This document shows, piece after piece, positions 1 through 15,100 of a DNA stretch of 64,000 nt (the stretch's first letter is position 1; each line of letters begins with the position of its first letter). Under the pieces are notes generated by a model that had not been told where the DNA came from, ran no database searches, and saw nothing but the letters and a program-made list of their open reading frames with translations. The translations under genes and the position numbers were made by a program. Origin of the DNA: Eledone cirrhosa (taxonomy: Eukaryota). The DNA is taken from positions 20,274,001 to 20,338,000 of the forward strand of contig OZ024744.1 in assembly GCA_964016885.1 (NCBI GenBank), written 5' to 3'.

Positions 1-3000
1 AGTTGAATCTTAAGATAACATTCGTTTTAACAACAGTTGAATCTTAAGAACTGATTCGTTTTAACAGCAGTTGAATCTTAAGATAAAACTCGTTTTAACA
101 ACAGTTGAATCTTAAGAACTGACTCGTTTTAACAACAGCTGAATCTTAAGATAAAACTCGTTTTAACAACAGTTGAATCTTAAGAACTGACTCGATTTAT
201 CAACAGTTCAACCTTAAGAACTGACTCGTTTTAACAACAGTTGAATCTTCAAATAAAACTCGTTTTAACAACAGTTGAATCTTAAGAACTGACTCGTTTT
301 AACAACAGTTGAATCTGAAGATAAAATTCGTTTTAACAACAGTTGAATCTTAAGATAACATTCGTTTTAACAACAGTTGAATCTTAAGAACTGACTCGTT
401 TTAACAGCAGTTGAATCTTAAGATAAAACTCTTTTTAACAACAGTTGAATCTTAAGAACTGACTCGTCTTAACAACAGCTGAATCTTAAGATAAAACTCG
501 TTTTAACAACAGTTGAATCTTAAGAACTGACTCGTTTTAACAACAGTTCAAACTTAAGAACTGACTCGTTTTAACAACAGTTGAATCTTATCAACTGACT
601 CATTTTAACAACAGTTGAATCTTAAGATAACATTCGTTTTAACAACAGTTGAATCTTAAGAACTGACTCGTTTTAACAACAGTTGAATCTTAAAGATAAA
701 ACTCGTTTTAACAACAGTTGAATCTTAAGAACTGACTCGTTTCATCAACAATTCAACCTTAAGAACTGACTCGTTTTAACAACAGTTGAATCTTAAGAAC
801 TGATTCGTTTTAACAGCAGTTGAATCTTCAAATAAAACTCGTTTTAACAACAGTTGAATCTTAAGAACTGACTCGTTTTAACAACAGTTGAATGTTAAGG
901 TAAAACTCGTTTTAACAATAGTTGAATCTTAAGAACTGACTCGATTTAACAACAGTTGAATCTTAAGATAAAACTCGTTTTAACAACAGTTGAATCTTAA
1001 GAACTGACTCGTTATAACAACAGCTGAATCTTAAGATAAAACTCGTTTTAACAACAGTTCAAACTTAAGAAATGACTCGTTTTAACAACATTTGAATCTT
1101 ATGAACTGACTCATTGTAACAACAGTTGAATCTTAAGATAACATTCGTTTTAACAACAGTTCAACCTTAAGAACTGACACGTTTTAACAACAGTTGAATC
1201 TTCAAATAAAACTCGTTTTAACAACAGTTGAATCTTAAGAAAAGACTCGTTTTAACAACAGTTGAATCTTAAGATAAAACTCGTTTTAACAACAGTTGAA
1301 TCTTAAGAACTGACTCATTTTAACAACAGTTGAATCTTAAGATAAAACTCGTTTTAACAACAGTTGAATCTTAAGAACTGATTCGTTTTAACAACAGTTC
1401 AAACTTAAGAACTGACTCGTTATAACATCAGTTGAATCTTAAGATAACAATCGTTTTAACAACAGTTGAATCTTATGAACTGACTCATTTTAACAACAGT
1501 TTAATCTTAAGATAAAACTCGTTTTAACAACTGTTGAATCTTAAGAACTGACTCGTTTTAACAACAGTTGAATCTTGAAATAAAACTCGTTTTAACAACA
1601 GTTGAATCTTAAGAACTAACTCGTTTTAACAACAGTTGAATGTTAAGATAAAACTCGTTTTAACAATAGTTGAATCTTAAGAACTGACTCGTTTTAACAA
1701 CAGTTGAATCTTAAGATAACATTCGTTTTAACAACAGTTTAATCTTAAGAACTGATTCGTTTTAACAGCAGTTGAATCTTAAGATAAAACTCGTTTTAAC
1801 AACAGTTGAATCTTAAGAACTGACTCGTTTTAACAACAGTTGAATCTTATGAACTGACTCATTTTAACGACAGTTGAATCTTAAGATAACATTCGTTTTA
1901 ACAACAGTTGAATCTTAAGAACTGACTCGTTTTAACAACAGTTGAATCTTAAAGATAAAACTCGTTTTAACAACAGTTGAATCTTAAGAACTGACTCGTT
2001 TCATCAACAATTCAACCTTAAGAACTGACTCGTTTTAACAACAGTTGAATCTTAAGAACTGATTCGTTTTAACAGCAGTTGAATCTTCAAAAAAAAACTC
2101 GTTTTAACAACAGTTGAATCTTGAGAACTGACTCGTTTTAACAACAGTTGAATGTTGAGGTAAAACTCGTTTTAACAATAGTTGAATCTTAAGAACTGAC
2201 TTGATTTAACAACAGTTGAATCTTAAGATAAAACTCGTTTTAACAACAGTTGAATCTTAAGAAATGACTCGTTTTAACAACAGTTGAATCTTATGAACTG
2301 ACTCATTGTAACAACAGTTGAATCTTAAGATAACATTCGTTTTAACAACAGTTCAACCTTAAGAACTGACTCGTTTTAACAACAGTTGAATCTTCAAATA
2401 AAACTCGTTTTAACAACAGTTGAATCTTAAGAAAAGACTCGTTTTAACAACAGTTGAATCTTAAGATAAAACTCGTTTTAACAACAGTTGAATCTTAAGA
2501 ACTGACTCATTTTAACAACAGTTGAATCTTAAGATAAAACTCGTTTTAACAACAGTTGAATCTTAAGAACTGATTCGTTTTAACAACAGTTCAAACTTAA
2601 GAACTGACTCGTTATAACATCAGTTGAATCTTAAGATAACAATCGTTTTAACAACAGTTGAATCTTATGAACTGACTCATTTTAACAACAGTTGAATCTT
2701 AAGATAAAACTCGTTTTAACAACAGTTGAATCTTAAGAACTGACTCGTTTTAACAACAGCTGAATCTTAAGATACAACTCGTTTTAACAACAGTTGAATC
2801 TTAAGAACTGACTCGTTTTAACAACAGTTCAACCGTAAGAGCTGACTCGTTTAACATCAGTTGAATCTTAAGATAAAACTCGTTTTAACAACAGTTGAAT
2901 CTTAAGAACTGACTCATTTTAACAACAGTTTAATCTTAAGATAAAACTCGTTTTAACAACTGTTGAATCTTAAGAACTGACTCGTTTTAACAACAGTTGA

Positions 3001-6000
3001 ATCTTGAAATAAAACTCGTTTTAACAACAGTTGAATCTTAAGAACTGACTCGTTTTAACAACAGTTGAATGTTAAGATAAAACTCGTTTTAACAATAGTT
3101 GAATCTTAAGAACTGACTCGTTTTAACAACAGTTGAATCTTAAGATAACATTCGTTTTAACAACAGTTGAATCTTAAGAACTGATTCGTTTTAACAGCAG
3201 TTGAATCTTAAGATAAAACTCGTTTTAACAACAGTTGAATCTTAAGAACTGACTCGTTTTAACAACAGCTGAATCTTAGGATAAAACTCGTTTTAACAAC
3301 AGTTGAATCTTAAGAACTGACTCGATTTATCAACAGTTCAACCTTAAGAACTGACTCGTTTTAACAACAGTTGAATCTTCAAATAAAACTCGTTTTAACA
3401 ACAGTTGAATCTTAAGAACTGACTCGTTTTAACAATAGTTGAATCTGAAGATAAAATTCGTTTTAACAACAGTTGAATCTTAAGATAACATTCGTTTTAA
3501 CAACAGTTGAATCTTAAGAACTGACTCGTTTTAACAGCAGTTGAATCTTAAGATAAAACTCTTTTTAACAACAGTTGAATCTTAAGAACTGACTCGTCTT
3601 AACAACAGCTGAATCTTAAGATAAAACTCGTTTTAACAACAGTTGAATCTTAAGAACTGACTCGATTTATCAACAGTTCAACCTTAAGGACTGACTCGTT
3701 TTAACAACAGTTGAATCTTCAAATAAAACTCGTTTTAACAACAGTTGAATCTTAAGAACTGACTCGTTTTAACAACAGTTCAAACTTAAGAACTGACTCG
3801 TTTTAACAACAGTTGAATCTTATGAACTGACTCAATTTAACAACAGTTGAATCTTAAGATAACATTCGTTTTAACAACAGTTGAATCTTAAGAACTGACT
3901 CGTTTTAACAACAGTTGAATCTTAAAGATAAAACTCGTTTTAACAACAGTTGAATCTTAAGAACTGACTCGTTTCATCAACAATTCAACCTTAAGAACTG
4001 ACTCGTTTTAACAAAAGTTGAATCTTAAGAACTGATTCGTTTTAACAGCAGTTGAATCTTCAAAAAAAACTCGTTTTAACAACAGTTGAATCTTAAGAAC
4101 TGACTCGTTTTAACAACAGTTGAATGTTAAGGTAAAACTCGTTTTAACAATAGTTGAATCTTAAGAACTGACTCGATTTAACAACAGTTGAATCTTAAGA
4201 TAAAACTCGTTTTAACAACAGTTGAATCTTAAGAACTGACTCGTTATAACAACAGCTGAATCTTAAGATAAAACTCGTTTTAACAACAGTTCAAACTTAA
4301 GAAATGACTCGTTTTAACAACAGTTGAATCTTATGAACTGACTCATTGTAACAACAGTTGAATCTTAAGATAACATTCGTTTTAACAACAGTTCAACCTT
4401 AAGTACTGACTCGTTTTAACAACAGTTGAATCTTCAGATAAAACTCGTTTTAACAACAGTTGAATCTTAAGAAAAGACTCGTTTTAACAAGAGTTGAATC
4501 TTAAGATAAAACCCGTTTTAACAACAGTTGAATCTTAAGAACTGACTCATTTTAACAACAGTTGAATCTTAAGATGAAACTCGTTTTAACAACAGTTGAA
4601 TCTTAAGAACTGACTCGTTTTAACAACAGTTGAATCTTAAGATAAAATTCGTTTTAACAACAGTTGAATCTTAAAGATAAAACTCGTTTTAACACCAGTT
4701 GAATCTTAAGAACTGACTCGTTTTAACAACAGTTGAATCTGAAGATAAAATTCGTTTTAACAACAGTTGAATCTTAAGATAACATTCGTTTTAACAACAG
4801 TTGAATCTTAAGAACTGACTCGTTTTAACAGCAGTTGAATCTTAAGATAAAACTCTTTTTAACAACAGTTGAATCTTAAGAACTGACTCGTCTTAACAAC
4901 AGCTGAATCTTAAGATAAAACTCGTTTTAACAACAGTTGAATCTTAAGAACTGACTCGATTTATCAACAGTTCAACCTTAAGGACTGACTCGTTTTAACA
5001 ACAGTTGAATCTTCAAATAAAACTCGTTTTAACAACAGTTGAATCTTAAGAACTGACTCGTTTTAACAACAGTTCAAACTTAAGAACTGACTCGTTTTAA
5101 CAACAGTTGAATCTTATGAACTGACTCATTTTAACAACAGTTGAATCTTAAGATAACATTCGTTTTAACAACAGTTGAATCTTAAGAACTGACTCGTTTT
5201 AACAACAGTTGAATCTTAAAGATAAAACTCGTTTTAACAACAGTTGAATCTTAAGAACTGACTCGTTTCATCAACAATTCAACCTTAAGAACTGACTCGT
5301 TTTAACAACAGTTGAATCTTAAGAACTGATTCGTTTTAACAGCAGTTGAATCTTCAAAAAAAACTCGTTTTAACAACAGTTGAATCTTAAGAACTGACTC
5401 GTTTTAACAACAGTTGAATGTTAAGGTAAAACTCGTTTTAACAATAGTTGAATCTTAAGAACTGACTCGATTTAACAACAGTTGAATCTTAAGATAAAAC
5501 TCGTTTTAACAACAGTTGAATCTTAAGAACTGACTCGTTATAACAACAGCTGAATCTTAAGATAAAACTCGTTTTAACAACAGTTCAAACTTAAGAAATG
5601 ACTCGTTTTAACAACAGTTGAATCTTATGAACTGACTCATTGTAACAACAGTTGAATCTTCAAATAAAACTCGTTTTAACAACAGTTGAATCTTAAGAAC
5701 TGACTCGTTTTAACAACAGTTGAAACTTAAGAACTGACTCGTTTTAACAACAGTTGAATCTTAAGAACTGACTCGTTTTAACAACAGCTGATACTTAAGA
5801 TAAAACTCGTTTTAACAGCAGTTGAATCTTAACAACTGACTCGTTTTAACAACAGTTCAACCTTAAGAACTGACTCGTTTTAACAACAGTTGAATCTTCA
5901 AATAAAACTCGATTTAACAACAGTTGAATCTTAAGAACTGACTCGTTTTAACAACAGTCGAATCTTAAGATAAAACTCGTTTTAACAACAGTTGAATCTT

Positions 6001-9000
6001 AAGAACTGACTCGTTTTAACAACAGCTGAATCTTAAGATACAACTCGTTTTAACAACAGTTGAATCTTAAGAACTGACTCGTTTTAACAGCAGTTCAACC
6101 GTAAGAGCTGACTCGTTTAACATCAGTTGAATCTTAAGATAAAACTCGTTTTAACAACAGTTGAATCTTAAGAACTGACTCGTTTTAACAACAGTTTAAT
6201 CTTAAGATAAAACTCGTTTTAACAACAGTTGAATCTTAAGAACTGACTCGTTTTAAGAACAGTTGAATGTTAAGATAAAACTCGTTTTAACAATAGTTGA
6301 ATCTTAAGAACTGACTCGTTTTAACAACAGTTGAATCTTAAGATAAAACTCGTTTTAACAACAGTTAAATCTTAAGAACTGACTCGTTTTAACAACAGCT
6401 GAATCTTAAGATAAAACTCGTTTTAACAACAGTTGAATCTTATGAACTGACTCGTTTTATCAACAGTTCAACCTTAAGAACTGACTCGTTTTAACAACAC
6501 TTGAATCTTCAAATAAAACTCGTTTTAACAACAGTTGAAACTTAAGAACTGACTCGTTTTAACACCAGTTGAATCTTAAGAACTGACTCGTTTTAACAAC
6601 AGCTGATACTTAAGATAAAACTCGTTTTAACAGCAGTTGAATCTTAACAACTGACTCGTTTTAACAACAGTTCAACCTTAAGAACTGACTCGTTTTAACA
6701 ACAGTTGAATCTTCAAATAAAACTCGATTTAACAACAGTTGAATCTTAAGAACTGACTCGTTTTAACAACAGTCGAATCTTAAGATAAAACTCGTTTTAA
6801 CAACAGTTGAATCTTAAGAACTGACTCATTTTAACAACACTTGAATCTTAAGATAAAACTCGTTTTAACAACAGTTGAATCTTAAGAACTGACTCGTTTT
6901 AACAACAGCTGAATCTTAAGATACAACTCGTTTTAACAACAGTTGAATCTTAAGAACTGACTCGTTTTAACAACAGTTCAACCGTAAGAGCTGACTCGTT
7001 TAACATCAGTTGAATCTTAAGATAAAACTCGTTTTAACAACACTTGAATCTTAAGAACTGACTCGTTTTAACAACAGTTTAATCTTAAGATAAAACTCGT
7101 TTTAACGACTGTTGAATCTTAAGATCTGACTCGTTTTAACAACAGTTGAATCTTGAAATAAAACTCGTTTTAACAACAGTTGAATCTTAAGAACTGACTC
7201 GTTTTAACAACAGTTGAATGTTAAGATTAAACTCGTTTTAACAATAGTTGAATCTTAAGAACTGACTCGTCTTAACAACAGTTGAATCTTAAGATAACAT
7301 TCGTTTTAACAACAGTTGAATCTTAAGAACTGATTCGTTTTAACAGCAGTTGAATCTTAAGATAAAACTCGTTTTAACAACAGTTGAATCTTAAGAACTG
7401 ACTCGTTTTAACAACAGCTGAATCTTAAGATAAAACTCGTTTTAACAACAGTTGAATCTTAAGAACTGACTCGATTTATCAACAGTTCAACCTTAAGAAC
7501 TGACTCGTTTTAACAACAGTTGAATCTTCAAATAAAACTCGTTTTAACAACAGTTGAATCTTAAGAACTGACTCGTTTTAACAACAGTTGAATCTGAAGA
7601 TAAAATTCGTTTTAACAACAGTTGAATCTTAAGATAACATTCGTTTTAACAACAGTTGAATCTTAAGAACTGACTCGTTTTAACAGCAGTTGAATCTTAA
7701 GATAAAACTCTTTTTAACAACAGTTGAATCTTAAGAACTGACTCGTCTTAACAACAGCTGAATCTTAAGATAAAACTCGTTTTAACAACAGTTGAATCTT
7801 AAGAACTGACTCGATTTATCAACAGTTCAACCTTAAGGAATGACTCGTTTTAACAACAGTTGAATCTTCAAATAAAACTCGTTTTAACAACAGTTGAATC
7901 TTAAGAACTGACTCGTTTTAACAACAGTTCAAACTTAAGAACTGACTCGTTTTAACAACAGTTGAATCTTATCAACTGACTCATTTTAACAACAGTTGAA
8001 TCTTAAGATAACATTCGTTTTAACAACAGTTGAATCTTAAGAACTGACTCGTTTTAACAACAATTCAACCTTAAGAACTGACTCGTTTTAACAACAGTTG
8101 AATCTTAAGAACTGATTCGTTTTAACAGCAGTTGAATCTTCAAATAAAACTCGTTTTAACAACAGTTGAATCTTAAGAACTGACTCGTTTTAACAACAGT
8201 TGAATGTTAAGGTAAAACTCGTTTTAACAATAGTTGAATCTTAAGAACTGACTCGATTTAACAACAGTTGAATCTTAAGATAAAACTCGTTTTAACAACA
8301 GTTGAATCTTAAGAACTGACTCGTTATAACAACAGCTGAATCTTAAGATAAAACTCGTTTTAACAACAGTTCAAACTTAAGAAATGACTCGTTTTAACAA
8401 CATTTGAATCTTATGAACTGACTCATTGTAACAACAGTTGAATCTTAAGATAACATTCGTTTTAACAACAGTTCAACCTTAAGAACTGACACGTTTTAAC
8501 AACAGTTGAATCTTCAAATAAAACTCGTTTTAACAACAGTTGAATCTTAAGAAAAGACTCGTTTTAACAACAGTTGAATCTTAAGATAAAACTCGTTTTA
8601 ACAACAGTTGAATCTTAAGAACTGACTCATTTTAACAACAGTTGAATCTTAAGATAAAACTCGTTTTAACAACAGTTGAATCTTAAGAACTGATTCGTTT
8701 TAACAACAGTTCAAACTTAAGAACTGACTCGTTATAACATCAGTTGAATCTTAAGATAACAATCGTTTTAACAACAGTTGAATCTTATGAACTGACTCAT
8801 TTTAACAACAGTTTAATCTTAAGATAAAACTCGTTTTAACAACTGTTGAATCTTAAGAACTGACTCGTTTTAACAACAGTTGAATCTTGAAATAAAACTC
8901 GTTTTAACAACAGTTGAATCTTAAGAACTAACTCGTTTTAACAACAGTTGAATGTTAAGATAAAACTCGTTTTAACAATAGTTGAATCTTAAGAACTGAC

Positions 9001-12000
9001 TCGTTTTAACAACAGTTGAATCTTAAGATAACATTCGTTTTAACAACAGTTTAATCTTAAGAACTGATTCGTTTTAACAGCAGTTGAATCTTAAGATAAA
9101 ACTCGTTTTAACAACAGTTGAATCTTAAGAACTGACTCGTTTTAACAACAGTTGAATCTTATGAACTGACTCATTTTAACGACAGTTGAATCTTAAGATA
9201 ACATTCGTTTTAACAACAGTTGAATCTTAAGAACTGACTCGTTTTAACAACAGTTGAATCTTAAAGATAAAACTCGTTTTAACAACAGTTGAATCTTAAG
9301 AACTGACTCGTTTCATCAACAATTCAACCTTAAGAACTGACTCGTTTTAACAACAGTTGAATCTTAAGAACTGATTCGTTTTAACAGCAGTTGAATCTTC
9401 AAAAAAAACTCGTTTTAACAACAGTTGAATCTTGAGAACTGACTCGTTTTAACAACAGTTGAATGTTAAGGTAAAACTCGTTTTAACAATAGTTGAATCT
9501 TAAGAACTGACTTGATTTAACAACAGTTGAATCTTAAGATAAAACTCGTTTTAACAACAGTTGAATCTTAAGAACTGACTCGTTATAACAACAGCTGAAT
9601 CTTAAGATAAAACTCGTTTTAACAACAGTTCAAACTTAAGAAATGACTCGTTTTAACAACAGTTGAATCTTATGAACTGACTCATTGTAACAACAGTTGA
9701 ATCTTAAGATAACATTCGTTTTAACAACAGTTCAACCTTAAGAACTGACTCGTTTTAACAACAGTTGAATCTTCAAATAAAACTCGTTTTAACAACAGTT
9801 GAATCTTAAGAAAAGACTCGTTTTAACAACAGTTGAATCTTAAGATAAAACTCGTTTTAACAACAGTTGAATCTTAAGAACTGACTCATTTTAACAACAG
9901 TTGAATCTTAAGATAAAACTCGTTTTAACAACAGTTGAATCTTAAGAACTGATTCGTTTTAACAACAGTTCAAACTTAAGAACTGACTCGTTATAACATC
10001 AGTTGAATCTTAAGATAACAATCGTTTTAACAACAGTTGAATCTTATGAACTGACTCATTTTAACAACAGTTGAATCTTAAGATAAAACTCGTTTTAACA
10101 ACAGTTGAATCTTAAGAACTGACTCGTTTTAACAACAGCTGAATCTTAAGATACAACTCGTTTTAACAACAGTTGAATCTTAAGAACTGACTCGTTTTAA
10201 CAACAGTTCAACCGTAAGAGCTGACTCGTTTAACATCAGTTGAATCTTAAGATAAAACTCGTTTTAACAACAGTTGAATCTTAAGAACTGACTCATTTTA
10301 ACAACAGTTTAATCTTAAGATAAAACTCGTTTTAACAACTGTTGAATCTTAAGAACTGACTCGTTTTAACAACAGTTGAATCTTGAAATAAAACTCGTTT
10401 TAACAACAGTTGAATCTTAAGAACTGACTCGTTTTAACAACAGTTGAATGTTAAGATAAAACTCGTTTTAACAATAGTTGAATCTTAAGAACTGACTCGT
10501 TTTAACAACAGTTGAATCTTAAGATAACATTCGTTTTAACAACAGTTGAATCTTAAGAACTGATTCGTTTTAACAGCAGTTGAATCTTAAGATAAAACTC
10601 GTTTTAACAACAGTTGAATCTTAAGAACTGACTCGTTTTAACAACAGCTGAATCTTAGGATAAAACTCGTTTTAACAACAGTTGAATCTTAAGAACTGAC
10701 TCGATTTATCAACAGTTCAACCTTAAGAACTGACTCGTTTTAACAACAGTTGAATCTTCAAATAAAACTCGTTTTAACAACAGTTGAATCTTAAGAACTG
10801 ACTCGTTTTAACAATAGTTGAATCTGAAGATAAAATTCGTTTTAACAACAGTTGAATCTTAAGATAACATTCGTTTTAACAACAGTTGAATCTTAAGAAC
10901 TGACTCGTTTTAACAGCAGTTGAATCTTAAGATAAAACTCTTTTTAACAACAGTTGAATCTTAAGAACTGACTCGTCTTAACAACAGCTGAATCTTAAGA
11001 TAAAACTCGTTTTAACAACAGTTGAATCTTAAGAACTGACTCGATTTATCAACAGTTCAACCTTAAGGACTGACTCGTTTTAACAACAGTTGAATCTTCA
11101 AATAAAACTCGTTTTAACAACAGTTGAATCTTAAGAACTGACTCGTTTTAACAACAGTTCAAACTTAAGAACTGACTCGTTTTAACAACAGTTGAATCTT
11201 ATGAACTGACTCAATTTAACAACAGTTGAATCTTAAGATAACATTCGTTTTAACAACAGTTGAATCTTAAGAACTGACTCGTTTTAACAACAGTTGAATC
11301 TTAAAGATAAAACTCGTTTTAACAACAGTTGAATCTTAAGAACTGACTCGTTTCATCAACAATTCAACCTTAAGAACTGACTCGTTTTAACAAAAGTTGA
11401 ATCTTAAGAACTGATTCGTTTTAACAGCAGTTGAATCTTCAAAAAAAACTCGTTTTAACAACAGTTGAATCTTAAGAACTGACTCGTTTTAACAACAGTT
11501 GAATGTTAAGGTAAAACTCGTTTTAACAATAGTTGAATCTTAAGAACTGACTCGATTTAACAACAGTTGAATCTTAAGATAAAACTCGTTTTAACAACAG
11601 TTGAATCTTAAGAACTGACTCGTTATAACAACAGCTGAATCTTAAGATAAAACTCGTTTTAACAACAGTTCAAACTTAAGAAATGACTCGTTTTAACAAC
11701 AGTTGAATCTTATGAACTGACTCATTGTAACAACAGTTGAATCTTAAGATAACATTCGTTTTAACAACAGTTCAACCTTAAGTACTGACTCGTTTTAACA
11801 ACAGTTGAATCTTCAAATAAAACTCGTTTTAACAACAGTTGAATCTTAAGAAAAGACTCGTTTTAACAAGAGTTGAATCTTAAGATAAAACCCGTTTTAA
11901 CAACAGTTGAATCTTAAGAACTGACTCATTTTAACAACAGTTGAATCTTAAGATGAAACTCGTTTTAACAACAGTTGAATCTTAAGAACTGACTCGTTTT

Positions 12001-12110
12001 AACAACAGTTGAATCTTAAGATAAAATTCGTTTTAACAACAGTTGAATCTTAAAGATAAAACTCGTTTTAACACCAGTTGAATCTTAAGAACTGACTCGT
12101 TTTAACAACA
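1..12110. repeat. Segmental duplication: ~1-4730 is repeated at ~7280-12110 (offset 7279-7381)
   Basis: Rare marker pairs: TATCAACTG 591/7972, GAACTGACAC 1171/8483, TTGAGAAC 2121/9432, CTTAGGAT ~3271/10650, ACAAAAGTTG 4011/11390, AACAAGAGTT ~4491/11870, AACACCAG 4691/12070. Offset changes correspond to whole-monomer gains or losses. Confidence 0.88.
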
Positions 12111-15100
12111 GCTGAATCTTAAGACAAAACTCGTTTTAACAACAGTTGAATCTTAAGATAAAACTCGTTTTAACAACAGTTGAATCTTAAGAACTGACTC
12201 GTTTTAACAACAGTTTAATCTTAAGATAAGACTCGTTTTAACGATAGTTGAATCTTAAGAACTGACTCGTTTTAACGACAGCTGAATCTCAAGAACTGAC
12301 TCGTTTTAGCAACAGTTGAATCTTAAGATAACACTCGTTTTAATAACAGTTGAATCTTAAGAACTGTCTCGTTTTAACAACAGTTGAATCTTAAGATAAA
12401 CCTCGTTTTTACAACAGTTGAATCTTAAGAACTGACTCGTTTTAACAACAGTTAAATCTTAATAACTGACTCGTTTTAACAACAGTTGAATGTTAAGATA
12501 AAACTCGTTTTAACAATAGTTGAATCTTAAGAACTGACTCGTGTTAACAACGGTTGAATCTTAAGATAAAACTCGTTTTAACAACTGTTGAATCTTAAGA
12601 ACTGACTCGTTTTAACAACAGTTGAATCTTGAAATAAAACTCTTTTTAACAACAGTTGAATCTTAAGAACTAACTCGTTTTAACAACAGTTGAATGTTAA
12701 GATAAAACTCGTTTTAACAATAGTTGAATCTTAAGAACTGACTCGTTTTAACAACAGTTGAATCTTAAGATAACATTCGTTTTAACAACAGTTTAATCTT
12801 AAGAACTGATTCGTTTTAACAGCAGTTGAATCTTCAGATAAAACTCGTTTTAACAACAGTTGAATCTTAAGAACTGACTCGTTTTAACAACAGCTGAATC
12901 TTAAGATAAAACTCGTTTTAACAACAGTTGAATCTTAAGAACTGACTCGATGTATCAACAGTTCAACCTTAAGAACTGACTCGTTTTAACAACAGTTGAA
13001 TCTTCAAATAAAACTCGTTTTAACAACAGTTGAATCTTAAGAACTGACTCGTTTTAACAATAGTTGAATCTGAAGATAAAATTCGTTTTAACAACAGTTG
13101 AATCTTAAGATAACATTCGTTTTAACAACAGTTGAATCTTAAGAACTGACTCGTTTTAACAGCAGTTGAATCTTAAGATAAAACTCTTTTTAACAACAGT
13201 TGAATCTTAAGAACTGACTCGTCTTAACAACAGCTGAATCTTAAGATAAAACTCGTTTTAACAACAGTTGAATCTTAAGAACTGACTCGATTTATCAACA
13301 GTTCAACCTTAAGGACTGACTCGTTTTAACAACAGTTGAATCTTCAAATAAAACTCGTTTTAACAACAGTTGAATCTTAAGAACTGACTCGTTTTAACAA
13401 CAGTTCAAACTTAAGAACTGACTCGTTTTAACAACAGTTGAATCTTATGAACTGACTCAATTTAACAACAGTTGAATCTTAAGATAACATTCGTTTTAAC
13501 AACAGTTGAATCTTAAGAACTGACTCGTTTTAACAACAGTTGAATCTTAAAGATAAAACTCGTTTTAACAACAGTTGAATCTTAAGAACTGACTCGTTTC
13601 ATCAACAATTCAACCTTAAGAACTGACTCGTTTTAACAAAAGTTGAATCTTAAGAACTGATTCGTTTTAACAGCAGTTGAATCTTCAAAAAAAACTCGTT
13701 TTAACAACAGTTGAATCTTAAGAACTGACTCGTTTTAACAACAGTTGAATGTTAAGGTAAAACTCGTTTTAACAATAGTTGAATCTTAAGAACTGACTCG
13801 ATTTAACAACAGTTGAATCTTAAGATAAAACTCGTTTTAACAACAGTTGAATCTTAAGAACTGACTCGTTATAACAACAGCTGAATCTTAAGATAAAACT
13901 CGTTTTAACAACAGTTCAAACTTAAGAAATGACTCGTTTTAACAACAGTTGAATCTTATGAACTGACTCATTGTAACAACAGTTGAATAATAAGATAACA
14001 TTCGTTTTAACAACAGTTCAACCTTAAGTACTGACTCGTTTTAACAACAGTTGAATCTTCAAATAAAACTCGTTTTAACAACAGTTGAATCTTAAGAAAA
14101 GACTCGTTTTAACAAGAGTTGAATCTTAAGATAAAACCCGTTTTAACAACAGTTGAATCTTAAGAACTGACTCATTTTAACAACAGTTGAATCTTAAGAT
14201 GAAACTCGTTTTAACAACAGTTGAATCTTAAGAACTGACTCGTTTTAACAACAGTTGAATCTTAAGATAAAATTCGTTTTAACAACAGTTGAATCTTAAA
14301 GATAAAACTCGTTTTAACACCAGTTGAATCTTAAGAACTGACTCGTTTTAACAACAGCTGAATCTTAAGACAAAACTCGTTTTAACAACAGTTGAATCTT
14401 AAGATAAAACTCGTTTTAACAACAGTTGAATCTTAAGAACTGACTCGTTTTAACAACAGTTTAATCTTAAGATAAGACTCGTTTTAACGATAGTTGAATC
14501 TTAAGAACTGACTCGTTTTAACGACAGCTGAATCTCAAGAACTGACTCGTTTTAGCAACAGTTGAATCTTAAGATAACACTCGTTTTAATAACAGTTGAA
14601 TCTTAAGAACTGTCTCGTTTTAACAACAGTTGAATCTTAAGATAAACCTCGTTTTTACAACAGTTGAATCTTAAGAACTGACTCGTTTTAACAACAGTTA
14701 AATCTTAATAACTGACTCGTTTTAACAACAGTTGAATGTTAAGATATAACTCGTTTTAACAATAGTTGAATCTTAAGAACTGACTCGTGTTAACAACGGT
14801 TGAATCTTAAGATAAAACTCGTTTTAACAACTGTTGAATCTTAAGAACTGACTCGTTTTAACAACAGTTGAATCTTGAAATAAAACTCGTTTTAACAACA
14901 GTTGAATCTTAAGAACTAACTCGTTTTAACAACAGTTGAATGTTAAGATAAAACTCGTTTTAACAATAGTTGAATCTTAAGAACTGACTCGTTTTAACAA
15001 CAGTTGAATCTTAAGATAATATTCGTTTTAACAACAGTTTAATCTTAAGAACTGATTCGTTTTAACAGCAGTTGAATCTTCAGATAAAACTCGTTTTAAC

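Noticed and set aside
13981-14000. Singleton GAATAATAAG (CT>AA) variant
   Set aside because: It is an isolated 2-bp change absent from the duplicate copy at ~11740, so it is a private mutation or consensus error and not an insertion footprint.
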